Both the position numbers and the translations under genes were made by a program. From assembly GCA_964016885.1 (NCBI GenBank), contig OZ024742.1:281046001-281110000 (forward strand): DNA of 64,000 nucleotides, read 5' to 3'. The notes beneath the pieces were generated by a model. That model was not told the DNA's origin and did no database searches. It was given only the letters and a program-made list of their open reading frames with translations. Each line of letters opens with the position of its first letter. Within the stretch, counting starts at the first letter, position 1. Below, in pieces: positions 39,988 to 54,898 of this stretch. This DNA comes from Eledone cirrhosa. Taxonomy: Eukaryota.

Positions 39988-42900
39988 TCTTTGAGTCTCA
40001 GTCATTGATGTTAGTTAACTGGAAAGTTTGTTGAAATGAATATCAAGCCACTACCTGCAGCCTCAGGTATTCAGGACGTATCGGAGAGTTCTTGCTGTTC
40101 CCAGCAAGCATGCCTTTTGAAGCGTTCCAAAAAGCGTGAAGGGGGCAATTTTCTTTAACCATCCTTGGAAACTTTTTGAGATAGTCCCTAGTGCGCCTAT
40201 GACAATCGGGATCACTTTGACTTCATGGCAGTTCCAAATCCTTTTTACCTCCCACATAATGTCCTGGTATCGGTTAATTTTCTCCCTCTCCTTCTCTTGC
40301 ACTCTCGTGTCGAATGGGCAGGCCACATCCACAATCAGGCACGGTCTTTTTTCTTTGTCCAAAACCACCAGGTCAGATCTATTGTTTACTTTGCATAGGT
40401 GCCAGTGGATCACCCTGCCCATCACATCATGTCTCCAGCCCTTATAGTGAGTCTGGGCTAGGTATTTACACTCGGATACAATGTGAGCCACAGTCTCCTC
40501 TCTCCACAGATCCTGCACAGTGGGCTAGCCTCCTCCTTGCAAATGTGGTGTTTCAACCACTTCGTTTTGCGGGCCTGCTCCTGCGCATCCATTAACATTC
40601 CTTCTGTAGCCTTTTTAAGGTCTCCTCTTTTCAACCAGTTCCATGTCTGTGGATCTCTAAATTCAGTTTTCTCAAAGAAGGTACTATGAAGGGATTTTTC
40701 CTGAAGGCTGCTCTTTCTCCTTGATGTTATTTCCTTCTTGGACATCCCCTGGCCTATTGTTCCCTCCTTCAGTACAGTTCTGAGCATTGGCTCCTTACTA
40801 TCAGTCACGTATTTGTGTAGGTTGTTTTTCTCCATCTGAACACATTCCTCTAAGCTGATAAGACCACTTCCACCTTCAGATCTCCTTAAGTAGAGTCTAT
40901 CGACATCACTCCTCTTGTGGAGCATATTGTAGATAGTCAATAGCTTCATAATCTTCCTATCCATTTCTTTTTTTTCAGCAACATTCCATCTCAGAATTCC
41001 CGCACTGTACCTAATAATAGACACAGCTCGGGAATTTACTGCACGTATGGCATTCCTACTGTTCAGATGTGACTTTAATACGCTCCTTACTCTCCGAAGG
41101 TATTCAGTTCTTATCAATTCCTTCATTTGTTTGTTCTTGATGTAATCAGCCTCCAGAACGCCCAAATACTTGTATGCTTCCTCAGAGTCAATTTCCATTA
41201 TCATCTCACCTGTTGGTATCTGGATTCCGTTACTTCTGCTCAACTTATCCCTCCTCATCACAATGACTCCACACTTACTAATACCAAATTTCATACATAT
41301 ATCATTGCTGAAAATACGGACAGTGTCAACAAGCGCATCCAACTTCTTCTCACTCTTCCCGAAGAGCTTAAGATCGTCCATGAAGGGGAGGTGATTGATA
41401 GTAAGCACTCCCTTTTCCAACCTGTATCCTGCTCTCACTTTTCGCAGTGCACTAGTCAGGGGCATCAGGGCAAGGACAAACAACAGAGGGAAAAACTATC
41501 TCCCTGGAAGATACCTCTCTTGATCTTCACGCTTCCCAAGGATTCTCCAGTTGATGTTAACTCTGTTTCCCAAGACTTCATACTTTTGCCCAACAACTGT
41601 CTGATGTTATCTGCCACCTTGAAGATCTCCAGGCTTTTGGTGATCCAAGAATGAGGCACCATGTCAAATGCCTTTTTGTAGTCTATCCAACCCATGGCAA
41701 GACCAGTGTGTCTCCTCTTACAATTCTTCATTACCATCTTATCAATAAGTAACTGGTCCTTTGTACCACGTGATTTCTTTCGGCATCCTTTCTTTTCTTC
41801 CGGTAACAAGTTGTTTGTGTGGAGGTTATGGTAGATTTCCTCAGACATAATGCTTGTCAACAGTTTCCACATTACGGACAGACATGTGATAGGTCTATAG
41901 TTGGTAACATCATTACCCTTGATTCGGTCTTTCATTATCAGAACTGTGGTACCTTTTGTCAACCACTCTGGTACCTCACCTGACATCAAGCAGTCATTGA
42001 ACATGGTTGTCAGTTTCGGGTGGAGGGATGTTATGTTTTTAATCCAATACCCCTTCACACCATCTGGGCCAGGTGATTTCCAGTTGGTTAGTTTTTTGGC
42101 CTGCCGCTTAAGAGTTTCAACTGTGATACTCATATAAGTTTGTTGGTGTGCCTGTTCACTGATCTCCTTCTGTACTGTCTCAATCTACACTACCTGGTCA
42201 TTATGTTTAACATCCTGCTCCCATATTCCTCTCCAGAATGTTTTAGTTTGTTTCGCCTCAGGAATCAAGTCGGTGGCTCTTTCTTTCCCTTCAAGCTGTG
42301 CAAACAGCATCTTCTGGTTGTTGTCGAACATGCGGTTCTGTCTATACTGACTGACTCTGTTCTCGTATCGCCTGATTTTTGCACTCTTTGCTACAATGCG
42401 TTACCTCAGTTCCTCTATGATAATATTTAGGTTTTTTCCTCCTAGTGTTGTACTTTATTTCCAGTCTATTTTTAGTGTCTATGTTTTTTAGTGACCCATT
42501 CAGTAGGGACTCAAGCTTTCCAATGTCATTTCTCATTATCCTGATTTGACCACTCAGTCGTTTCTTCCACCAAGGCTCTGATCTTTCTTGTCTGTTGTTT
42601 CCTCTCGCTTTTATACCAAGTAGTTTCCTCACCGTATTTGCTGTTGCTTTGAGGAAATTGTTGCACTGGTGAAGGCTCCTCGCCTCAAGGTATGGGATGA
42701 CTTTGTTTACCTTAGCTGTTGTTTCTTTTAACTTTTTCCTGTCTACAAATCTTAGGTTCATAGGTCTCCCACTATCATTGTTCAATTCATCTACCACTAA
42801 ATTTAGGATGTCAACCGAATCTTGTCCTAGCCCGTCAGCATTCATCTCCTCAGAGGCCGTATCTCTGTTCCAGGTATTATTTATCTCAGTATTCAGATCA

Positions 42901-44903
42901 TTGTCTGCTTCGGGTGGTTCCTCCGTTCTCAGGACCTCTTCACCTTCATTTCCCACTGGCTCGTTTGCCTGGCATACTCCACTATCCATCTCCAAGCTAA
43001 TCTCTCTGCTCAGTTTCTCCAGTTCCAGCTCGCTTTCCACCCATTAGTTCTTATTACCCGAGCCTGCCCGGCCAGTTTTTGTTCATCTAATTTAAATGGA
43101 CCAATCTCGTTCCAGATGTTATGCATCCTTTTCCTATAGCCTTTCTCCTTGGGGTTACTCTTCAGGTAACATTGCATAACAGTTCTATTCAATTCTTTTG
43201 TCCAGTTGGTTCTGCTCCCTTTCCTTCCTCTTCTTCCTCCGACACCAGCAGTATTTGGTTGACAGCCAGGTCCCTGCTGCTGAGCCAGGTAGCACCTGTT
43301 GGGTGAGAGTCTGTCACATGACATTCTAGTCTCCATTTCACCGTTATTCGAACTGTTTAGGTTCGACATTTAAACACTCTTATCGAGGATTGGCGAATGT
43401 ATGGTTACATAACCACCGGTGAATTACTCGTCTCCGGTGGTTTCGTCACTCCACGTGACTTTTGTGTGGCATTATCACGCTGCAGACGAACCCAAATAAA
43501 CATACAAACAAACAGGCAGAAAAAACCCCCAAAATGAATAAGCATAAGTTTCATTGTAATGTAGTGTTTGAATGTCTGACTTAGTTTTTCCGTTCCCTTC
43601 TCTGTCCGTCCGTTTGTTTTCTCTTCAATTTTATTTCCTTTACGTTTTTCGTTGTTGCTGTGCTGCTTTGATTTTGATTTTTGTTTTTTTGATTTTGACC
43701 CGGTCATCAATTCAGTCTATTTATATATTTTGATGCGTTTCTCTTTTAGTGGGGATTCTACGATGTAGCAGGGGGTAGCGGGAGAGAATAGCGGCGGTAG
43801 TGATAATGAGGCAGTGGTGGTGGTGGTGGTGGTGGTGGTGGTGGTGGTGGTGGTGGTGGCGGTGCTGTGCTAGCAGCAACTAGCAGGAAGTAGTGGGAGA
43901 GAATAGCGGCGGTAGCGATAATGAGGCAGTGGTGGTGGTGATGTGATCGTAGTACTGTAGTGATGGTGTTGAAGATGGAGTAGAAATTTGAGTCGGCTTG
44001 ACCAGAGTTTTCATCTTGGCAGTGGTGGTGGTATTGGTGGTGAAATTATATTTAGTGAAATTATCATTAGTCGCGTATATGTGTTGACCTATTTTCTTAA
44101 TATTGGAATTAAACATTTTGTTAAAACTAAAACTTTATTTTTATTTTTTTTTATTTTGACCGGGTCATCAATTCAGGTCTATTTATATATTTTGATGTCT
44201 TCCTCTTTTAGTGAGAATTCTACAATGTAGCAGGGGCTAGCGGGAGAGAATAGCGGCGGTAGTGATAATCAGGCAGTGGTGGTGGTGATGTGGTCGTATT
44301 ACTATAGTGATGGTGTTGAGTTGGAGTAAACATTTGAGTCGACTTGACCAGAGTTTTCATCGTGGTAGTGGTGGTGGTATTGGTGGTGAAATTATCTTTA
44401 GTGAAATTATCATTAGTCGCGTATACGTGTTGACATTTTTTTAATATTGGAATTAAACATTTTGTTAAAACTAAAACTTGAGGCAATAATAATAGTAATT
44501 ATTATTATTATGCTGAGATTGGTGGTGGTGGTGGTGAAATTGCCGTTATCTGGCTGTTGTGTTTAGTGTACACAGATGGGTGATGTGGTAGGTGGTGTAT
44601 CGAGTTTCTGATGTTGGTGAAATTGCTATTATTTGGCTGTTCTATATAGTGTAGACAGAGGGGGTTTTCTTCCATTTATAACCAATTTCATTTTTGAATA
44701 TAAAATGTATAATACAAAATTGAATATTTGAGCGATATAACAATATATTATGGATCCGAATTTTTTTGGGACTCAAGCCGGATGTTTTATGCAACATTTG
44801 TACTAAGAATTGTTATTTCACAATTGATTTAAATATGTTAAAAAAATAAAAGTTTACGGGAGCGATTTCTCAACCTTCTATCCACCATGTGTGTCTTCTT
44901 CCC
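39987..44903 (-). mobile_element. R4/Dong-like LINE (copy B) with 5' leader; disrupted single ORF 40063-43369
   Basis: SPGPDG, YRPITCL, WIDYKKAFD, GIFQGDS, FMDDLKL, CRIC..H..C, RSDLVV..D..K (RLE domain); (TAA)n tail. Confidence 0.9.
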
Positions 44904-44915
44904 TTATTATTATTA

Positions 44916-44947
<32 letters not shown>

Positions 44948-44959
44948 GTTGTTGTTATT

Positions 44960-47900
44960 CCTTGAATCTCAGTCATTGATGTTGGTTAACTGGAAAGTCC
45001 GTTGGATTGAATATCAAGCCACTACCTGCAGCCTCAGATATTCAGGACGTATCGGAGGGTTCTTGCTGTTCCAAGCAAGCATGCCTTTTGAAGCGTTCCA
45101 AAAAGCGTGAAGGGGCCGATTTTCTTTAACCATCCCTGGAAACTTTTGGAGATAGTCCCCAGTGCGCCTATGACAATCGGGATCACTTTGACTTCATGGC
45201 AGTTCCAAATCCTTTTCACCTCCCACTTTAGGTCCTGGTATCGGTTAATTTTCTCCCTCTCCTTCTCTTGCACTCTCGTGTCGAACGGGCAGGCCACATC
45301 CACAATCAAGCACGATCTTTTTTCTTTGTCCACAACCACCAGGTCAGGTCTATTGTGTTCCAGTTTTTTGTCCGTCTATATCCTAAAATCCCACAGCACC
45401 TTCACCTGATTGTTCTCCATCACCGCCTCTGGCCTATGATCATACCATTTCTCAGAATGTGGTAAATTGTTTACTTTGCACAGGTGCCAGTGGATCACCC
45501 TGCCCATCACATCGTGTCTCCAGCCCTTATAGTGGGTCTGGGCTAGGTGTTTACACTCGGACACAATGTGAGCCACAGTCTCCTCTCTCTCTCCACAGAT
45601 CCTGCACAGTGGGCTAGCCTCCTCCTTGTAGATATGGTGCTTCAACCACTTCGTTTTGAGGGCCTGCTCCTGCGCAGCCATTAGCATTCCTTCTGTAGCC
45701 TTTTTGAGGTCTCCTCTTCTCAACCAGTTCCATGTCTGTGGATCTCTAAATTCAGTTTTCTCAAAGAAGGTACTATGAAGGGATTTTCCCTTAAGGCTGC
45801 TCTTCCTCCTTGATGTTATTTCCTCCTTGGACATCCCCTGGCCTACTGTCCCCTCCTTCAGTACAGTTCTGAGCATTGGCTCCTTACTATAGGTCACGTA
45901 TTTGTATAGGTTGTTTTTCTCCATCTGAACACAGTCCTCTATGCTGATAAGACCTCTTCCACCCTCAGATCTCCTTAGGTAGAGTCTATCGACATCACTC
46001 CTCTTGTGGAACATGTTGTAGATAGTCAATAGCTTCCTAGTCTTCCTATCCATTTCTTTTTGTTCAGCAACATTCCATCTCAGAATTCCCGCACTGTACC
46101 TAATAATAGACACAGCTCGGGAATTTACTGCGCTTATGGCATTTCTGCTGTTCAGATATGACTTCAATACGCTCCTTACTCTCCGAATGTATTCAGTTCT
46201 TAACAATTCCTTCATTTTTTTGTTCTTTATGCCATCAGCCTCCAGAACGCCCAAATACTTGTATCCTTCCTCAGAGTCAATTTCCTTTATCATCTCACCT
46301 GTTGGTATCTGGATCCCGTTACTTCTGCTCAACCTACCCCTCTTCATCACGATGACTCCACATTTACCAATACCAAACTGCATACATATATCACTGCTGA
46401 AAATACGGACAGTGTCAACAAGCACATCCAACTCCTTCTCACTTTTCCCGAAGAGCTTAAGATCGTCCATGAAGAGGAGGTGATTGATGGTAAGCTCTCC
46501 CCTTCCCAACTTGTATCCTGCTCACACTTTTCGCAGCATAATGGTCAAGGGCATCAGGGCAAGGACAAACAACAGAGGGGACAGGCTATCTCCCTGGAAG
46601 ATACCTCTCTTGATCTTCACGCTTCCCAAGGATACTCCAGTTGATGTCAACTCTGTCTCCCAGGACCCCATACTCCTGCCTAGCAACTGTCTGATGTTAT
46701 CTGCCACCCTGAAGATCTCCAGGCTTTTGGTGATCCAGGAATGAGGCACCATGTCAAATGCCTTTCTGTAGTCTATCCATCCCATGGCAAGATCAGTGTG
46801 TCTCCTCCTGCAATTCCCCATTACCATCTTATCAATAAGTAACTGGTCCTTTGTACCACGTGACTTCTTTCGGCATCCTTTCTGTTCGTCCGGTAACAAG
46901 TTGTTTGTGTGGAGGTGATGGTAGATTTCCTCAGACACAATGCTCGTCAACAGTTTCCACATTACGGACAGACATGTGATAGGTCTATAGTTGGTAACAT
47001 CATTACCCTTGATTCGGTCTTTCATTATCAGAACTGTGGTACCTTTTGTCAACCACTCTGGCACCTCACCCGACACCAAGCAGTCATTGAACATGGCCGT
47101 CAGCTTCGGGTGGAGTGATGTTAAATGTTTAATCCAATACCCCTGCACATCATCTGGGCCTGGTGATTTCCAGTTGGTTAGTTTTTTGGCCTGCCCCTTA
47201 AGAGTTTCAACTGTGATACTCAAATCAGTTTGTTGTTGTGCCTGCTCACCGATCTCCCTCTGTACTGTCTCAATCCACCCTGCCTGGGCATTGTGTCTAA
47301 CATCCTGCTCCCATATTCCTCTCCAGAATGTTTTAGTTTGTTCCGCCCCAGGGATCAAGTCGTTGCCTCTTTCTTTCCCCTCAAGCTGTCCAAACAACAT
47401 CTTCTGGTTGTTGTCGAACATGCGGTTCTGTTTATACTGACTGACTCTGTTCTCGTATCGCCTGATTTTTGCACTCTTTGCTACAATGCGTTGCTTCAAT
47501 TCCTCTATGATAATATTTAGCTTTTTACTCCTAGTTTTGTATTTTATTTCCAGTCTATTTTTAGTGCCTATGTTTTTTAGTGTCCCATTCAGTAGTGACT
47601 CAAGCTTTCCTATGTCATTTCTCATTTCCCCGATTTGCCCACTCAGTCGCTTCTTCCACCACGGCTCTGCTCTTTCTTGTCTGTTGTTTCCTCTCGCTTT
47701 TATACCAAGTAGTTTCCTCACCGTATTTGCTGTTGCTTTGAGGATATTGTTGCACTGGTGAAGGCTCCTCGCCTCAGGGTATGGGATGACTTTGTTTACC
47801 TTAGCTGTTGTTTCTTTTAACTTTTTCCTGTCTACAAATCTTAGGTTCATAGGTCTCCCACTATCATTGTTCAATTCATCTACCACTAAATTTAGGATGT

Positions 47901-49501
47901 CAACCGAATCTTGTCCTAGCCCGTCAGCATTCATCTCCTCAGAGGCCGTATCTCTGTTCCAGGTATTATTTATCTCAGTATTCAGATCATTGTCTGCTTC
48001 GGGTGGTTCCTCCGTTCTCAGGACCTCTTCACCTTCATTTCCCACTGGCTCGCTTGTCTGGCATACTACACCCGCCATCTCCAAGCTAATCTCTCTGCTC
48101 AGTTTCTCCAGTTCCAGCTCGCTTTCCACCCATTAGTTCTTATTACCCGAGCCTGCCCGGCCAGTTTTTGTTCATCTAATTTAAATAAACCAATCTCGTT
48201 CCAGATGTTATGCTCCTGTAGCCCCTCTCCTTGGGGTTACTTTTCAGGTAGCATTGCATAACAGTTCTATTCAATTCTTTCGTCCAGTTGGTTTTGGCCC
48301 CTTTCCTTCTTCTTCTTCCTCCAACATCAGCAGTATTTGGTTGACAGTCAGGTACCTGCTGCTGAGCCAGGGGGCACCTGTTGGGTGAGAGTCTGTCACA
48401 TGACGTTCTAGTCTCCATTTCACCGTTATTCGAACTGTTTATGTTCGATATTTAAACACTCTTATCGAGGATTGGGGAATGTATAGTTACATAGCCATCT
48501 CTGGATCCGCCATCCCACTTGGCCCTTGTGTGGCATTATCACCACGCTGTATACGAACACACATAAACAAACAAACACACAGTCAGAAAGGGCCCCAAAA
48601 ATGAATAAGCATAAGTTTCATTGTAATGTAGTGTTCGAATGTCTGACTTAGTTTTTGTTTTTTAAGTTTTACTTTTTCCCCCCTCTTCTCTGTCCGTCCG
48701 CCTGCTTCTCTCTTCATTCTTATTTTCTTTACGTTTTTGGGGTTTCTTTTTTTGTTTTTGTTTTTCTCTGTTTGTTTTTCTCGTTTTTGCTGTTGTTGCT
48801 GTGCTGCTTTGGTTTTGTTGTTTGTTTTTTCTTTTTTCTTTTGAGTCTATCTATATATTTTGATGCCTTCCTCTTTGTTAGTAGTAGGAATTCTATAATG
48901 TGGAAGTAGCAGCCAGCAGGGAGTAGTGGGAGACTGGCGGCGGTAGCGATACTGAGACAGTGGTGGTGGTGATGTCGATACCGAGGCAGTGGTGGCGGTG
49001 ATGTGAACGTATTACTGTAGTGATGGTGCTGTAGCGGTGGCAGCAGTGAAGGAGTCAAGGGGTGGTGGCGGCGGTGATGGGATAGTGGTGGTAATGATGG
49101 CCGTAGTGAGCGGCAGCGGTGAAGGTGAAAATGCCGTTATCTGGCTGTTGTGTTTAGTGTACACAGATGATGGGGTGGGTGGTGTATCTAGTTTCTGGTG
49201 TTGGTGAGTTTGGCTGTCCTATATAGTGTAGACAGAGGAGAGGAGGGGGGGGGGGGGTTCTTCTTCCATTTATAGCCATTTTCTTTTTTGGATATACAGT
49301 GTACAATACAAAGTTGAATATTTGAATATTTGAGCCTTATAACAATCTATTTTGGGTCCGAATTTTTTGGGGCTCAAGCCGGGTGCTTTACGTAGCATTT
49401 GTACTAAGAGTTGTTATTTCACAAATGATTTAAATATGTTAAAAATTCAAAACTTACGGGAGCGATTTCATGACCTCCGTCACCTCGTGCGTCTTCTTCC
49501 C
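44960..49501 (-). mobile_element. R4/Dong-like LINE (copy C) with 5' leader; disrupted ORF ~45034-48450
   Basis: ORFs 46522-48129, 45376-46509 and 45034-45339 are in frame, separated by premature stops; same motifs as copy B. Confidence 0.92.
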
Positions 49502-49517
49502 TATTATTATTATTATT

Positions 49518-52500
49518 TGCATTTATCTTGCTTTATGTTTATACGAGTTATCACCAAGTCACAACCAGTGACCTCAAGAGACAACAAGGTCCGCCATGTT
49601 CAAGAAAGAACACACATATTCACACATGCATCCTTAGTGTTTAGACTTGTGATGTACTTATATTGACAGGATCTTCCTTAGTATATGGGCAGTTCCCATT
49701 AGTACTATCTTTTGTATTTCTCCTATACGCGGGTTTCCTGGGATTTGCGATAAGTAGTCGTTAGACCCCTTAGGTATCATTCCCAGAGCGCCTACAACCA
49801 CTGGTATTGTTTTAGTTCTCAATTTCCACATTTTTCCAATTTCTATCTCCAGGTCCTTAAACTTGCTCAATTTTTCAAATGTTTTTATAGATACATTCTT
49901 GTCTACTGGAACGGACATATCAATTAGCAGGCATACCCTCCTTTGAAAGTCCTTCAATATTATATCAGGTCTATTTGCATCTATTTTTCGGTCTGTTTGG
50001 ATGCTAAAGTTCCACAAGATTGAGATGTGATCTTTTTCAAGTATGGGAGGTGGTTGATGCTCCCACCAATTCTTTTGATGGGGCAGGTCAAAATGCTTGC
50101 ACATTATCCAATGTATGTATTGTGCAGCTCTGTCATGCCTGTTTAGGTATTCGGTTGGAGCTATAGGACTGCACATTGAAATTATATGGTCAATGGTCTC
50201 TGGTTGTTTTTTGCATACACGGCATAATGGGCTGCACCCATTTTTTATTATGTTGGCTTGGTAATTTTTTGTTGGCAGACACTGATCTTGTGCGGATATA
50301 ATCAGTCCTTCAGTCTCCGATTTCAGTCCAGAGGATGCCAACCACTGATGGGTTAAAGTTTTGTCAACATCAGGATTGTTAGCTCGCTCTGGGTATTTTC
50401 CATACAGAGGCTTTTCTTGCCATTTCTTAGCCAGTTTCTGTAGCAGTTCTTTCTTTGCAGTTACTTTTACCTGCTTTGCTTTTTCTGTGTTTTCCATTTC
50501 AGCAGTAAATGGGACTTCTGAAATTTGTAGTCCATTACTGTATCTTTGTGCATCTTTTGTAATGGAATATGATCTTTTGGTGCTTTCGTGTTTCAAAACG
50601 AGTTTGATCATCCAATCATGTGATTCCCTTAGATATGTGGATAATCCAATTGTTGCAGTTTTCAACGCAATGTCTAACTGGATTAACCCACGTCCTCCTT
50701 CTTTCCTAGGGAGATATATTCTATCTATGTCTGCCTTAGGGTGATGCATTCTGTGCATGGTTAAGAATTTTCGGATTTTTGTATCGAGCCTACGGATCTC
50801 TGTGCTTGACCAGTTGATGACATTGTAACTGTAGGTTACTACTGGTATGGCAAGCGTGTTTATGGCATCGATCCTATTCCTTGCATTCAATTCCGTTCTT
50901 AAGATTGCTCTGACTCTGCGGTAACATTCCTTCCTTATCCTTTCCCTCATTGTCGAGTGCTTGATTCCGTCTCCTTCACAAACACCTAGATATTTGTAAG
51001 TTTGTTCTTGATCAAGCTCTCTTATCACGTTCCCCCGATCAAGATTAATGTCTGAACTCTTCAGCAGCTTTCCTCTGGTGAACGTTGCTTTGGCGCATTT
51101 ATCCAGTCCAAACTCCATTTTAATGTCATCACTGAACTGTTTACAGTGGATAATAGCCCTTGCAATTGTTCATCATTTTTTGCAAATAGTTTCAGGTCAT
51201 CCATGTAGAACAGGTGATTAATGGTTTTGTCATAGACTCTATATCCATGTTTTGTTTCATTGAGCATTTTACTTAATGGTATAAGTGCAATGCAGAATAA
51301 AAGCGGTGATAAAGAGTCACCCTGAGAAATTCCACAATTAATGTTAACTTCTCCAGCTTCCAGTGATTTTGTTTCACTATTCAAAAGGAGTGTCGTTCTC
51401 CATGTCCTCATACTGAATGACAAAAACCTCCTGATAACGGGGGATATTTTGAAAATCTCTAAACATTTTTCAATCCAACTGTGTGGCAAACTATCAAATG
51501 CTTTTTTATAATCTATCCAAGCAATCGATAGATTTTTGTGTCTATTATGACAATCTTCCAGTATCATTTTGTTAACCAGAAGCTGATCCTTACAGCCATA
51601 TCAGCCTCGTTTACACCCTTTCTGCTCAATGGGAAATAGGTCATTTGTTATCAGGTGGTCATATGTGTATTCAGTTAGGACTGATGTTAAAATTTTATAC
51701 ATTGTGGTCAAGCAGGTTATCGGTCTGTAATTTTTGGGATTGTTTGTCTCATCATTCTTCGGTAGCAGGAATGTAATGCCGTTAACTAGCCATGATGGTA
51801 TCTTTTCTGGCTCCTTAACTATTTCATTGTAAAGTTGGGCTAACAGCTCATGAGACTCTGTGAAGGCATTTATCCAAAAGTTTTGTATTTTGTCTTTTCC
51901 TGGGGATTTCCATTTGCTGGTTTTTCTTAGAGCCAAGCGCAACTGTTCAACTGTTATATTTTCCCATATTTGTTCCTCAAGGTGAGCTGTATCTTTCATT
52001 TGTCTGTGTATCCATGGGACATGTATGTTATGAACTTTTCCTTCGGCCCAGGTCTCTTCCCAGAATTCTTGCACTTCCTCCTTGGGTGGTATTGATTTAG
52101 CAGTTATTGTTGACTTACCAATTTTTCTGTAGAAGTTTCTTTGGTTGTTTTTGAACATATTATTGTCGTTATAGAATCTAGATCGTTTTTCAAAGCGCCT
52201 TATACGAGCAGCTTTGGCCGACACTTTTTGCTTGATTATTTCTATCAGCATGTCTATGTCACATGTTGATTTTATACTGTACTTTTTTTTCAATTTTCTA
52301 AGTTTAGTTTGTTTAACATGTTCCCCTACTTTATAGTTTGTTAAAATTTCTATGTCAGATCGGAGAAGGTTTATTTGGCGATTGATGTTCTCTTGCCAAG
52401 TAGATTTCTTGTAGGAATTCCTTTGTTTTTTCATCTTCACTCCACATAAGTGAGTGGTGACTTTTGCCGATGCATAATAGAGATGATTTAAATCAGTAAT

Positions 52501-54450
52501 GTTTAGTCTGTTTGTGATGATAATGTTTTTGAGAATTATGTTAGTCTTGTGTATTATCTTTTGGTTCTGTTTGGAGTTCTGGATCTTAGGGAGGGTGTCT
52601 CGTTGCCCCATGTCAGATTCTTTCATTTTCATCCATTCGATCATAATTTCATCCTTCAAGTTGGCAAGTTCATTCTCATTCATTTCTTTATCATTTACGA
52701 TCTCATTATTTTCATTTGGAGTTTCATCCTGCGCATGCACTCCCTCCACTTTTTCGATCCTTTCTTTAATTTGTTCTGTTGCCAGTGATTCCGCCCCAAC
52801 CCTGGGGTTCGAAGTGTTACAGTTTACCTCGTTTTCACTGACACATGTTTCATTTTCCCTTCGCTGACTTTCTGCTAATAGCTTGATCTGATCAATTTCT
52901 ATATCAGTTAGTAACTTTTTTCTTACAATATTTCTTCGTATATTGGCTAGATTGTTACTGTCAATATAGCCTCTGTTTTCGGGATGTTTCTTTTTCCAGT
53001 TGATATATGTCTGTTCTGTATTCGATGTATTTGATGGATAGTACATGGCAGTGTAGAAAGCCTCAAGGACTTCTTTATTATCTTCCCTTGACCATTTTTC
53101 TCTCTTTTTCTTTGGATTTCTTGGTGGTGAGCATGGAGGGCCAACAGTAGGAGTATTCCGGTTATGGGAGGTCTCCAGCTCCGAAGTAATGGGAAGGTTT
53201 GAACCATTAGCTGATTTTTCGACCCCAGTCTGGTTCCTCTCTGAGGGACGCGGCCCGTTTTTACCCGGATGACGGCCGATCCGGTATGAGATTTTATCAT
53301 TAGACATTTACTTTATTTTGTCGCGGTTTATCCTTATCCGCCAAGTGGTAATCATTTCGTGTTACCACTTCTAGAACGAGTGTCAACCAAGACTAGAGGG
53401 GTCGTTCTGCCCTAGAGACACGGCTATTCCCCGCCGGCCGCCATCCCGGTATTTCTTGGTCACGGGGTTTTCTTTTTGTTGTTTTTTCTAAATTGTTATT
53501 ATCATGAGTGGTTCCTTAATGTGAGCATTGCGTGGCTTAAGAATGAAATTATTAATAATTGTCTCCACTCCAGGCACAAGGCCAGCAATCACCCAGTGCA
53601 TTACAATAATATAATATACTTTTTGCTGTAGTTGCCTGTTATTGTTGTTGGCTATGTCGGTGGTGGCGCTGGGGATTTATCTATTGTTGGTGGGGAAGGG
53701 GGGAGCCAGCAGTGCCATAGTCGTTGACGTTGGGCTGGTGGCCGGGTCACTAAGTCAATCTATTTATATCTTTTGCTAGCCTCTCCCTTGTCTAGTGATA
53801 CCGCCACCTTCCCCTTTCTCTCTCAAGTTAACAGGGGAATAGTGGTGGTAGCAATGAAGGAGTGGTGGCGGCGGCGATGGGATAGTGGTAACAAGATGAT
53901 GGATGGGGTGGTGGCGGCGGTGGCGTTGTGGTTACTGGGTTTTGTGATATGTAGTATCTATGAGTTTGTGTTCGTATGTTTAATATACATTGTGTTGACA
54001 TATTTCCGTAAAATTGGAACTAAACATTTTGTTAAAATTTGAGACAATAATAATAGTAATTATTATTATCATGCCGGGATTGATGGTGGTGGTGGTGAAA
54101 TTGCCGTTATCTGGCTGTTATACTTAGTGTGATGGGATAGGTGGTGTATCAAGTTTCCGGTGTTGGTGAAATTGCTGTTATTTGGATGTTCTATATAGTG
54201 TAGACAGAGGGGGTTTTCTTCCATTTATAACCATTTTCTTTTTTTGAATACAAAATATATAATACAAAATTGAATATTTGAGCGATATAACAATATAATA
54301 TGGATCCGAAATTGTATGGGAGTTCATTCGGTGGTTTATGCAACATTTGTACTAAGAATTGTTATTTCACAATTGATTTAAATATGTTAAAAATCAAAAA
54401 CTTACGGGAGCGGTTTCATGACCTTCTACCACCTCGTGCATCTTCTTCCC
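49518..54450 (-). mobile_element. R4/Dong-like LINE of a second family (copy D) with 5' leader; disrupted ORF 49658-53307
   Basis: YRPITCL, WIDYKKAFDS, QGDSLSPL, YMDDLKL, CRVC..H..C, RHD, NRPDII..D..K; two frameshifts. Confidence 0.92.
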
Positions 54451-54521
<71 letters not shown>

Positions 54522-54898
54522 GGCGACCTACGTAGTAAATCGTATCATCGTGAGGTCCGCAAAGGTTTGTTGTTTCCGTTTGTTATAAAATTGCCATTTA
54601 TGGAAAATTTTATGGAAAATGTTTATAAGCGCACATACATTGTTTTCCGAAAAGGACACCCAAAAAGATTGGGGCTTTGTGCCCAAAATTTAAACATTTA
54701 TAATTATCAAAAATATTTCTTTGAAAAAAATACATTGAAGTCTCACAGCCACACGAAGCTGACAGCCTTCCTCATAAACTACCACCTCACACCGACACCA
54801 CCATTGTAAATATTACTACGTTTGCCAACACTAAAAATTTAATCAGTAGCAATATTTTAAATTTGTCTCAGGCAAACATTAATTTCCCGCCATTACCA

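Noticed and set aside
53310-53470. HDV-like ribozyme at the 5' end of R4 copy D (also ~43380-43460 in copy B)
   Set aside because: GC-rich hairpins are present but I could not assemble the nested double pseudoknot by eye; needs an RNArobo or Infernal search.
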